Origin: Candidatus Nanoarchaeia archaeon
GTDB taxonomy: Archaea; Nanobdellota; Nanobdellia; Pacearchaeales; GW2011-AR1
Direction: 5' to 3'
Assembly: GCA_028711165.1 (NCBI GenBank)
Contig: JAQTST010000001.1
Coordinates: forward strand, 454,558 to 478,557
Length of the DNA stretch: 24,000 nt
This document shows positions 16,347-24,000 of the stretch, piece by piece. Made by a program: the position numbers and the translations under genes. Every line of letters begins with the position of its first letter. Position 1 is the first letter of the stretch. Under the pieces are notes generated by a model. It was not told the DNA's origin. It made no database searches and saw only the letters and a list, made by a program, of their open reading frames with translations.

Positions 16347-17225
16347 ATGAAAAAAGTTGGATTGTTTATTTTTACCTTGATATTTCTTAGTTCATTTGTC
16401 CTTGCAGCAAATTGTGCTCCAAATAATCTTCCGAAAATTTATTCTGGAACAGTTTCATATAATGATGAAAGTTTAACAGGAACTTATGAAATAAGAGCTT
16501 CGATGAGTAATGAAGTTATTGGGATTGGAGAAGTAATTGATGGAGAATATTCTATTGAAGTTACTCCTTGTTTTAATGGAGCTTTTTCATTTTACATTGG
16601 GGGAGTAAAAGCAAATGAACAAGGTTCTTATGCGGGAATTTCTGACTGGGATGTAGAAAAGAATTTAGACTTAACAATAAACTCACAACCATTTGCAACT
16701 TGCGGCAATAATATTGTTGAGCCAAGTGAGGAATGTGAGGGAACAAATTTTGATGGCAGAAGTCCAAGTGACTGTGGAACAAACTGGCAGGGAACAATTT
16801 CATGTACTTCTTCTTGTACTATAAGTTATTCAAATTGTGTTTATAACCCGCCATCTAGTGGCGGTTCATCAGGAGGAAGTTCTTCTGGTGGAGGCTCTGG
16901 CGGTGGTGGAGGAGGCGGAGGTGGCGGCGGAAGCATTAGCCATTCAACTTCAACATCGTCGTCGAAGAATACAAATAATACTCCAATAGTTTTGGAAAAT
17001 AAAACAGAAACAGAATCAAAAAGCAATTCACCATTAACAGGATTTGCGATATCTGATTTTATGACATCGGGAAATGTAATTTATGCAATTATCGGGGGAA
17101 TAACACTTCTTGTTTTGGGAGTTACAGTTATAGTTGCAAGAAAGAAAAAGCCTGTTGAAAGTGTTGAAAATAAAACAGAAAATTCTGAGAAAAAAGAAGA
17201 AGATAACGACGACGGCAAGGCTTAA
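16347..17225 (+). CDS. C-terminally membrane-anchored surface protein with poly-Gly/Ser stalk
   Basis: Signal peptide; CGNNIVEPSEECEGTNFDG...CGTNWQGTISCTSSC Cys-containing repeat; GGSSSGGGSGGGGGGGGGGG linker; TM and KKK near the C-terminus. Confidence 0.85.
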   Translation: MKKVGLFIFTLIFLSSFVLAANCAPNNLPKIYSGTVSYNDESLTGTYEIRASMSNEVIGIGEVIDGEYSIEVTPCFNGAFSFYIGGVKANEQGSYAGISDWDVEKNLDLTINSQPFATCGNNIVEPSEECEGTNFDGRSPSDCGTNWQGTISCTSSCTISYSNCVYNPPSSGGSSGGSSSGGGSGGGGGGGGGGGSISHSTSTSSSKNTNNTPIVLENKTETESKSNSPLTGFAISDFMTSGNVIYAIIGGITLLVLGVTVIVARKKKPVESVENKTENSEKKEEDNDDGKA

Positions 17226-17249
17226 ATATCCTAATTCTTCATATATTTT

Positions 17250-17508
17250 GTAGACTAGGTTGGCGGATTAGCCCTACGCCGTTTGCAAACGGGCTTTATG
17301 GCAGACTGCAAGAAGGTAAGTGAGTGAAGTGTTAAAATGTCTTTATTCCGACGTTGACGCTTTGTCTGTTTTGATCTTGCAGATGCGAAACGGGTCAGGC
17401 CTTGATCGGAGCAGCCCTAAACATTTGACAAGGTGCTTAGCAGAGTGCAAGGCTGAGGAAGAATAAGGGTAGCATTTTAGTTCTTTACAGGCAAACCTTC
17501 GAGTCTAC
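17250..17508 (+). ncRNA. Signal recognition particle RNA (7S/SRP RNA)
   Basis: Terminal helix GTAGACT (17250-17256)/AGTCTAC (17502-17508); helix-8 signature ACGGGTCAGGCCTTGATCGGAGCAGCCCT; TATA-like CTTAAATATC about 25 bp upstream. Confidence 0.88.
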
Positions 17509-17547
17509 AATATAAATATTTAAAAATAATAATTTTATTGTAAGAAA

Positions 17548-17964
17548 ATGAAGACATTAAGAAATTTAGTGGTTGGAATTGGAATGGCTTTTGCTTTGAG
17601 CGGATGTCCAAATCTCCCAAATCCTGACAAACCCGTCGACGATAAAAGACATTGGGCAGATATTACTTATATTGTAGAAGGAAGAAATGGAACTCCTTCA
17701 GCGAGTAATATTACTTACGGAAGAATAGACGGGCAAGATGGAGATTGGGTTGATGGATTTTACAGCACTACAGGTTCTGTTTCATTACCTTGGGAATCTG
17801 AAACTTACACTGATTGCACAGGACATTGGTTGAGATTGGGAGCATCAACAGGAACTTCACCTCTTCAATTAAGATTAAAGATAAAAGATGACGACAAGAT
17901 AGTTGCAACCAAAGATATTACTCTCTTGGGGAATTTAGAATATTATATAACAACTCAGAAATAA
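17548..17964 (+). CDS. Predicted lipoprotein
   Basis: MKTLRNLVVGIGMAFALSGC lipobox; short beta-rich mature domain; TATA-like TATTTAAAAAT upstream. Confidence 0.7.
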   Translation: MKTLRNLVVGIGMAFALSGCPNLPNPDKPVDDKRHWADITYIVEGRNGTPSASNITYGRIDGQDGDWVDGFYSTTGSVSLPWESETYTDCTGHWLRLGASTGTSPLQLRLKIKDDDKIVATKDITLLGNLEYYITTQK

Positions 17965-18010
17965 TTCTATTTTCAACAAAACTTATTAATCACTTTTTCT
18001 TAATATTTTT

Positions 18011-20626
18011 ATGTGGCACAGCCTTGATAAGAAAGAGGTTCTTGAAAAGTTAAAGACGAGCGAGAATGGACTTAGCGATGAGGAAGCTCTGAAGAGACTG
18101 AAAGAATACGGGAAGAACGAACTGAAACAGATTCACAAAATAAATCCTTTTTTTATTTTTCTTTCACAATTTAAATCTGTTTTTATATTAATTTTATTTG
18201 CTGCTGCGATTTTTTCTTTTTTTATCGAGCATTATATTGATTTTGGAGTTATAATGGCTATAATAGTTCTAAATTCCACGATAGGATTTTTCCAGCAATA
18301 CAAGGCAGAGAAAATAATTGCAAAAATGAAAGAGTTCATTGTTCCGAAAGTTAAAGTTTTGCGAAATGGTAAATTATCTGAAGTTTTATCGTCGGAGATT
18401 GTTCCCGGGGACATTATAGTTATTTCAGAAGGAGACAAGATAACTGCTGACTGCAGAATTCTCTATGTAAATGAATTGCAGGCAAATGAGGCTGTTCTTA
18501 CAGGAGAAAGTTTTCCTCAGGACAAATCTTCTGAAAAATTATTATTGAAAGTTCAGCTTGCTGACAGAGAAAATATGCTTTATGCAGGAACAACAATTGT
18601 GAGGGGAAATGCAAAAGCAGTTGTCGTCTCGACGGGAATGAGAACAGAATTTGGAAATATTGCTGAAAAAGTTCAGACAATAAAACAGAAAAAAACTCCG
18701 CTTGAAATAAAACTGGATGCTTTCTCAAAAAGAATTGCTGCAATTGTTTTGATTATAACAATTTTAATTGTAATTGCAGGGATATACAACGGGGAGGAAA
18801 TTTTCCAGATGATTCTCGCGGGAATTGTCCTTGCAGTGAGCGTTATCCCCGAAGGACTGCCGGCAGTAATTTCTATAACACTTGCATTTGCAATCAAGCG
18901 AATGCAAAAGTATAATGCATTAATCAGAAAACTGCCTGCAGGAGAAACCCTCGGAAGAACAACTGTAATCTGCACAGACAAAACAGGAACACTGACAGAA
19001 GAAGAAATGTTTGTGACAACAACATACTGCAATAATAATTTTTTTAAGATTGAAGACCATTCTTTTTATCTTGACGGCAGGAAAACTTCCCCCGAGAAAA
19101 ATAAAGAATTATTAGAATTGTTAAGGGCAGGAATAATGTGCAACAATGCCAGGCTGGAAATGAAAGGAAGAAAAATAGAAATCTTTGGAGATCCGACGGA
19201 AAAAGCTCTTGTAATGTCGGCATATAATTCCGGATTTGTCAAGAAAACAGAACTTGAAAAAGAGAAAAGAGTGAAAGAATATTCTTTTTCTTCCAGCAGA
19301 AAAATGATGTCAATCATAAGAAAAAGAAATGGGGAATTTGTCAGTTATGTGAAAGGCGCTCCTGATATAATTTTAAAAAAATGCTCAAAAGAATTAGTTA
19401 ACGGAAAATTTGTGAATCTAACTTCGGACAGAAAAAAAGAACTTCTGAATGTTTATTCCAAAATGGCTTCTGATGCACTGAGAGTTTTGGGATTTGCATA
19501 CAAAGAAATTACTGCAAGATTTAATCAGGAAACTGCAGAGAGTGATTTGATATTTTTGGGATTTCAGGGAATGCTTGATATTCCGAGAAAAGAAGTCAAG
19601 GATGCAATCAGAGACTGCAGGAATGCGGGAATAAAAGTCAAAATGCTTACAGGAGATTCTGAAATCACAGCGAAGGCAATTTCAAAAATGATTAATCTTC
19701 AGGGAGAATCAATCGAAGGAGTTGAACTCGAGAAACTTTCTGACAAGGACTTTGGCGAAGCAGTTCAGAAGATTACTATTTTTGCAAGGATAACTCCTGA
19801 AATTAAACTCAGAATAATCAGGACACTCAGAGAACAGAGGGAAATAGTTGCTGTTACTGGCGACGGAGTCAATGATATTCTCGCTCTCAAAGAAGCACAC
19901 ATAGGAATTGCGATGGGAATCAGAGGAACAGATATGGCAAGAGATGTCTCAGATATTATTCTTCTCGACGACAATTTCAGCACAATAGTGCACGCAATAC
20001 GCGAGGGCAGGAGAGTTTATGACAACATGAAAAAATCAATCAAGCTTCATTTATCTGCAAATATCGATGAACTATTTGTTGTCATTGCTGCAATTTTATT
20101 TGCGATGCCTTTGCCTTTTCTTCCTCTTGCAATTCTCTGGATGAACTTAATCACAGATTCACTTCCAAGTCTTGCGCTTGCCGTCGAGAAAGAAGAAGAT
20201 AACATTATGAAGAGAGGGCCGATAAATCACAGCAATAATATTCTCAATGGAGTTTTAAAGTTTGTTCTTATCGCAGGATTTATTTCATTCCTTGCAACAA
20301 TAATTTTATTTATAATTTATCAGGCAGATTTGGAGAAAGCAAGGACGATGGCGCTCACTGTCTCTGTGTTCTGTGAATTATTCATTGCACTTGCCTGCCG
20401 TTCTGATACCAAGAACATATGGAAAGTTGGATTGTTCAGCAATAAATTTATGCTGTTTTCTATAATTGCTGCGGGAGCATTGCAAATCATTGCAGTCTAT
20501 ACACCTCTCGCCGGATTCTTTGGATTAAAGGCAATTTCTGCCGGAGAATTATTAATTGCAGTAGCAGCATCTTCGCTGGGATTTATCTTCTTTGAAATAA
20601 TGAAATTCTTCAAGATAAAAATATAA
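18011..20626 (+). CDS. P-type (P2A-like) Ca2+-transporting ATPase
   Basis: DKTGTLTEEE phosphorylation motif, TGES, GDGVNDILALKEAHIGIAMG, IPEGLPA (M4), SANIDELF (M5), WMNLITDSLPS (M6). Confidence 0.95.
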   Translation: MWHSLDKKEVLEKLKTSENGLSDEEALKRLKEYGKNELKQIHKINPFFIFLSQFKSVFILILFAAAIFSFFIEHYIDFGVIMAIIVLNSTIGFFQQYKAEKIIAKMKEFIVPKVKVLRNGKLSEVLSSEIVPGDIIVISEGDKITADCRILYVNELQANEAVLTGESFPQDKSSEKLLLKVQLADRENMLYAGTTIVRGNAKAVVVSTGMRTEFGNIAEKVQTIKQKKTPLEIKLDAFSKRIAAIVLIITILIVIAGIYNGEEIFQMILAGIVLAVSVIPEGLPAVISITLAFAIKRMQKYNALIRKLPAGETLGRTTVICTDKTGTLTEEEMFVTTTYCNNNFFKIEDHSFYLDGRKTSPEKNKELLELLRAGIMCNNARLEMKGRKIEIFGDPTEKALVMSAYNSGFVKKTELEKEKRVKEYSFSSSRKMMSIIRKRNGEFVSYVKGAPDIILKKCSKELVNGKFVNLTSDRKKELLNVYSKMASDALRVLGFAYKEITARFNQETAESDLIFLGFQGMLDIPRKEVKDAIRDCRNAGIKVKMLTGDSEITAKAISKMINLQGESIEGVELEKLSDKDFGEAVQKITIFARITPEIKLRIIRTLREQREIVAVTGDGVNDILALKEAHIGIAMGIRGTDMARDVSDIILLDDNFSTIVHAIREGRRVYDNMKKSIKLHLSANIDELFVVIAAILFAMPLPFLPLAILWMNLITDSLPSLALAVEKEEDNIMKRGPINHSNNILNGVLKFVLIAGFISFLATIILFIIYQADLEKARTMALTVSVFCELFIALACRSDTKNIWKVGLFSNKFMLFSIIAAGALQIIAVYTPLAGFFGLKAISAGELLIAVAASSLGFIFFEIMKFFKIKI

Positions 20627-20666
20627 TTTTCAAAAAGTTAATAAAGTCTTTTTTATTTTATTAGAT

Positions 20667-21257
20667 ATGAAAAAAAGGGTAGATAAGCATGGACAATTTT
20701 TTCTCATCGCTGCTGTTATTATAATTGCAGTAATTGTAAGCATCGTAACGATAACGAATTATACGCAAAAAAGAGATGTTGTAAGACTTTATGATTTGGG
20801 AGAAGAATTAGGAATTGAAAGCCAACAGGTTTTGGATTACGGAACATACAGCGAATTAAACGAAGAAGAAATGAAAGGTTTGATAGAAAATTTTATTAAT
20901 AATTATGTAAGCTATATCGAGGACGACAAGAATATTTATTTTGTATTCGGAAATAAAGACAAGGTTAATGTTGTAGGATATCAGGATATTCAAAAAGAAG
21001 AAGTTCTTGTCTGCCTTAAGATTGCAGGTGCAGTAGAAGATATTAAGATTACCGGAGAGGACGATTGTGACCCTTATCTTACTATCGGAGAAACACAGCA
21101 GTTCACAGAAAAAAATCTCCAGGAGATAGATAAAGTAGAAGTTAAAATTGGGGGAATAGGATATGAGTTCCCATTAAATTATGGAGAAAATTTCTATTTT
21201 GTAATCTGGCAGGAAATCGGCGGGGAGAAACATGTTGTCACAAGCTCTTCGGGATAA
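20667..21257 (+). CDS. Type IV pilin-like protein (class III signal peptide)
   Basis: MKKRVDKHG|QFFLIAAVIIIAVIVSIVTITNYTQ: short basic leader, G, then a hydrophobic helix. Confidence 0.7.
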   Translation: MKKRVDKHGQFFLIAAVIIIAVIVSIVTITNYTQKRDVVRLYDLGEELGIESQQVLDYGTYSELNEEEMKGLIENFINNYVSYIEDDKNIYFVFGNKDKVNVVGYQDIQKEEVLVCLKIAGAVEDIKITGEDDCDPYLTIGETQQFTEKNLQEIDKVEVKIGGIGYEFPLNYGENFYFVIWQEIGGEKHVVTSSSG

Positions 21258-21798
21258 GCGAGGACTTAGTTTAGTCATAGGATATATTTTGCTGATAGCT
21301 ATTTCAGTAGTTATGAGTGTTATCGTCTACCAATGGCTGAGAACTTATGTTCCGACGGAATCTGTCGAATGCGACGAAGGAGTTTCTATTTTTATCAACG
21401 ACGTTTCTTACGATTGCACTGCAGGAAATCTTGAAGTGACGACGAGAAATAATGGAAAGTTCAGCGTGAATGGATATTTCATCCGTGCTTCAAATAACAG
21501 CGAGGGATTAGCGACGATTGATCTTTCTCTAAATATTCTCGGAGGATACGGCGGGAGTATTTATGGAAATACAAATTCAATCTCCTTTTCAAATGAAACC
21601 TGTGTTTCAGACTGCGAGAATTCTCTTACTCCGACGGTTTCAAGCAATGTTAAAAGTTTGACATTTAATGTTTCGAGCTACGGAGGAAATCTTGTCAAAA
21701 TTGAGATAATTCCGACGAGGATTCAGGAAATTGACAATAAAAAAAGGCTCGTGAGCTGCGGCGGTGCAAAGATTGAAGAAACACTGGTGTGCGAATAA
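21232..21798 (+). CDS. Archaellin/pilin-like protein
   Basis: RDKRG|LSLVIGYILLIAISVVMSVIVYQWLR; beta-rich C-terminus; overlaps the previous ORF (likely true start near 21238-21256). Confidence 0.8.
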   Translation: MLSQALRDKRGLSLVIGYILLIAISVVMSVIVYQWLRTYVPTESVECDEGVSIFINDVSYDCTAGNLEVTTRNNGKFSVNGYFIRASNNSEGLATIDLSLNILGGYGGSIYGNTNSISFSNETCVSDCENSLTPTVSSNVKSLTFNVSSYGGNLVKIEIIPTRIQEIDNKKRLVSCGGAKIEETLVCE

Positions 21799-21831
21799 TT
21801 TAAAAATAATAAAAATGTATTATAATAAAAG

Positions 21832-22314
21832 ATGGTAAAGAAATTCAGGATAAAAAATAAGAGGGGGCTTTCTCCGGTAATTACAACGGTGTTATTAATT
21901 GCACTTGTAGTTGTAAGCACGTCGATAGTTTTTTTATGGTTCCGTGGAATGGTTGAAGAAGGAGTTACAAAATTCGGGAAAAATATAAAGCTCGTCTGCG
22001 ACGATGTTGATTTCAAAGCAGAATATAATGCAGGAACATTAAGCGTCGTAAATAATGGAAACATTCCGATATATAATTTGAATTTAAGAATATCCAGCGG
22101 AGGAAATTTCGAGACAAGAGAGATATCAGAAATTTCCGGAGTAGATTGGCCTGAAACAGGATTGGCACAGGGAGGTTCTTTTGCGGGAAATATTGCGGGA
22201 GAAGTTGGAAGTGCAAGTGAGATGATAGTATCCCCAATCTTAGTGGGAACATCAAGCAGCGGTCAAAAAACTTATATATGCGGGGGGCAATATGGTAAAG
22301 AGCTTCCTGTATAA
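21832..22314 (+). CDS. Archaellin/pilin-like protein
   Basis: MVKKFRIKNKRG|LSPVITTVLLIALVVVSTSIVFLWFRG. Confidence 0.85.
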   Translation: MVKKFRIKNKRGLSPVITTVLLIALVVVSTSIVFLWFRGMVEEGVTKFGKNIKLVCDDVDFKAEYNAGTLSVVNNGNIPIYNLNLRISSGGNFETREISEISGVDWPETGLAQGGSFAGNIAGEVGSASEMIVSPILVGTSSSGQKTYICGGQYGKELPV

Positions 22315-23608
22315 AAATAAAAAGGGTTTATCGACGATTATTATAACTTTGATTTTAATTCTTGTCTCGTTAGTTGCAATTGGAATTTTTTGGGTTGTTA
22401 TAAACAATTTAATAAAAAGCGGGACAGAAGGTATTGGTCTGGGGAGATTGACACTTAATGCAGAAATTAAAAGTGTCAGCATCGATAACTCATCAAATAA
22501 TGTTACTTTAACTGTAGAAAGAAAAGTTGGAGCAGGAGAGATGACAGGAATCAAATTTATTTTTTACAGCGATACTGATACAGAAATAATTACTGAAGAT
22601 ATTGAACTCGAACAATTAAAAGAAGCACAGTTTACTTTTCATTTGTTAATGAACGTCGGTGATATAACAAAGATTTCAATTGCACCAATTTTCAGTTCCA
22701 GCGAGGGTGAAGAAAGTGTTGGAAATGTTCTTGATACTTATAATGTTGAAGAACAACCTCCTGTTCCACCGTGTGTGCCTGCTATTAATCCTTGCGGAAC
22801 AAGAGTTTGCGGAAGTGTTACAAACGGAACTTGCGGAAGCATCAGCTGCGGAACCTGTACAGGAGGACAGGAATGTAATTCAACAGGGCAATGTTCTACT
22901 CCTTGTGTCCCATCATCATGCGGTTTATTAGGTTATGAATGCGGAGGACCTTACAACAACGGAACTTGTTTTGGAACATTTAGTTGCGGAGGTTGTATGG
23001 GGGAAGATGTATGTATTGCAGGACATTGTCAACTGAATATAACTCCAATCTTGTGGTATAAGTTCGACGGTAATTTATTAGATTCGGGAGTCGCGCCGGC
23101 AATGGATGGTGCCTGGACAAATGGAACAGGAACTTTTGTAACTGGTTTCAGCGGACAAGCAGCAGATTTTGCAGGGGTTAATGGAATAACAGGAAATGTA
23201 GGTTCTAAAATTGGAAATTTATCTCAAATGACAATTTCAGTTTATGCAAAGAAAAATGTGGCTAGTCAGGGAGGAGATTTATTCTACAAACATGTTCAGT
23301 ATAGAATTATAATCTCCCAGAATTATGTAACTGGTCAAATTTATATCGGAGGAAATGTCACAGAGGTTGCTGGAATAGCAAATATAGATAATACTAACTG
23401 GCATCAATATACCTTGAATTATAACGGTACAGCATTAAAAATTTATGTTGATGGAACTGAGATTGATTCAGAAATTGCAACGGGGAATGTTGATGATTCT
23501 CAATGGCAGGAGCTTTTAATTGGAAATCAGCCGATTGCATGGAGCGGAACATATTTCAACGGGCAGGTTGATGAGTTTAAAATTTATAACAGATCCATAA
23601 CGTCATAA
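22292..23608 (+). CDS. Pilin-like N-terminus fused to Cys-rich region and LamG/concanavalin-like lectin domain
   Basis: KNKKG|LSTIIITLILILVSLVAIGIFWVVINN; Cys-rich CGTRVCGSVTNGTCGSISCGTCTGGQEC...; LamG-like LWYKFDGNLLDSG...GFSGQAADFAG...WHQYTLNYNGTALKIYVDG...GQVDEFKIYNRSIT. Confidence 0.85.
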   Translation: MVKSFLYKNKKGLSTIIITLILILVSLVAIGIFWVVINNLIKSGTEGIGLGRLTLNAEIKSVSIDNSSNNVTLTVERKVGAGEMTGIKFIFYSDTDTEIITEDIELEQLKEAQFTFHLLMNVGDITKISIAPIFSSSEGEESVGNVLDTYNVEEQPPVPPCVPAINPCGTRVCGSVTNGTCGSISCGTCTGGQECNSTGQCSTPCVPSSCGLLGYECGGPYNNGTCFGTFSCGGCMGEDVCIAGHCQLNITPILWYKFDGNLLDSGVAPAMDGAWTNGTGTFVTGFSGQAADFAGVNGITGNVGSKIGNLSQMTISVYAKKNVASQGGDLFYKHVQYRIIISQNYVTGQIYIGGNVTEVAGIANIDNTNWHQYTLNYNGTALKIYVDGTEIDSEIATGNVDDSQWQELLIGNQPIAWSGTYFNGQVDEFKIYNRSITS

Positions 23609-23654
23609 AAAATTATAAGATAAAATATAAAAACTCATTCTTATTATTTTAATA

Positions 23655-24000
23655 ATGAGTAATAAAAGAGGTTTATCGACGATTATCATAACGATGATTT
23701 TGATTCTTATTTCATTAGTCGCAATTGGAGTTTTCTGGGTTGTTGTAAATAATTTAATCAAAGGAGGAACAGAAGATATTAATTTGGGAAGATTAACTTT
23801 TAGTGCAGAGATTAATAGAGTTCTCGTCGATAATTCGTCAAATAATATGAGTATTTTAGTCAAGAGAAATTCTGGGGAAGGAAATGTTACCAAGATGAAA
23901 TTTATTTTTTACAGTGAAAATGATAATGAAATCATCACACAAGATATCAATCTTGAACAGTTCGCGCAAAAGAATTTTGTTTTCCATCTAGAAACAAACG
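23655..24000 (+). CDS. Pilin-like protein, partial (runs off window); paralog of 22292-23608
   Basis: MSNKRG|LSTIIITMILILISLVAIGVFWVVVNNLIKGGTEDINLGRLTFSAEINRVLVDNSSNN..., read directly from the sequence; near-identical architecture to the upstream gene. Confidence 0.85.
   Translation, partial: MSNKRGLSTIIITMILILISLVAIGVFWVVVNNLIKGGTEDINLGRLTFSAEINRVLVDNSSNNMSILVKRNSGEGNVTKMKFIFYSENDNEIITQDINLEQFAQKNFVFHLETN

Noticed and set aside
18232-19983. Minus-strand ORFs inside the P-type ATPase, up to 119 aa
   Set aside because: Antisense shadows of a well-supported conserved gene.

Overview
AT-rich archaeal chromosome segment, probably DPANN (lineage is an inference). The left half is mostly housekeeping: MFS transporter fragment, class II tRNA-Ser(GCU) apparently split by a hairpin-rich ~139-nt intron, GGDEF diguanylate cyclase, DTD2-type D-aminoacyl-tRNA deacylase, Dph5, IleRS, TrmB-like regulator, ArgRS, thioredoxin-reductase-like flavoprotein, tRNA-Thr(CGU) and tRNA-Leu(UAA). 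The right half is rich in exported proteins: NlpC/P60-like candidate, nuclease with lamin-tail domain, PKD protein, Gly-rich anchored surface protein, SRP RNA, lipoprotein, P-type Ca2+ ATPase, and a tandem cluster of five pilin-like (class III signal peptide) genes, one fused to a Cys-rich region and a LamG/lectin-like domain. Best leads: (1) the pilin-LamG array with recently duplicated stalks, (2) the tRNA-Ser intron carrying three copies of a covarying hairpin, (3) IleRS with ALHH in place of the HIGH signature, (4) an archaeal GGDEF enzyme with GGEEF and an I-site, (5) a TrxR paralog without NADPH-binding signatures, (6) an un-annotated 41-aa upstream ORF coupled to the PKD surface-protein gene, whose promoter is shared with the next surface gene. 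No CRISPR array, transposon or phage module was seen.
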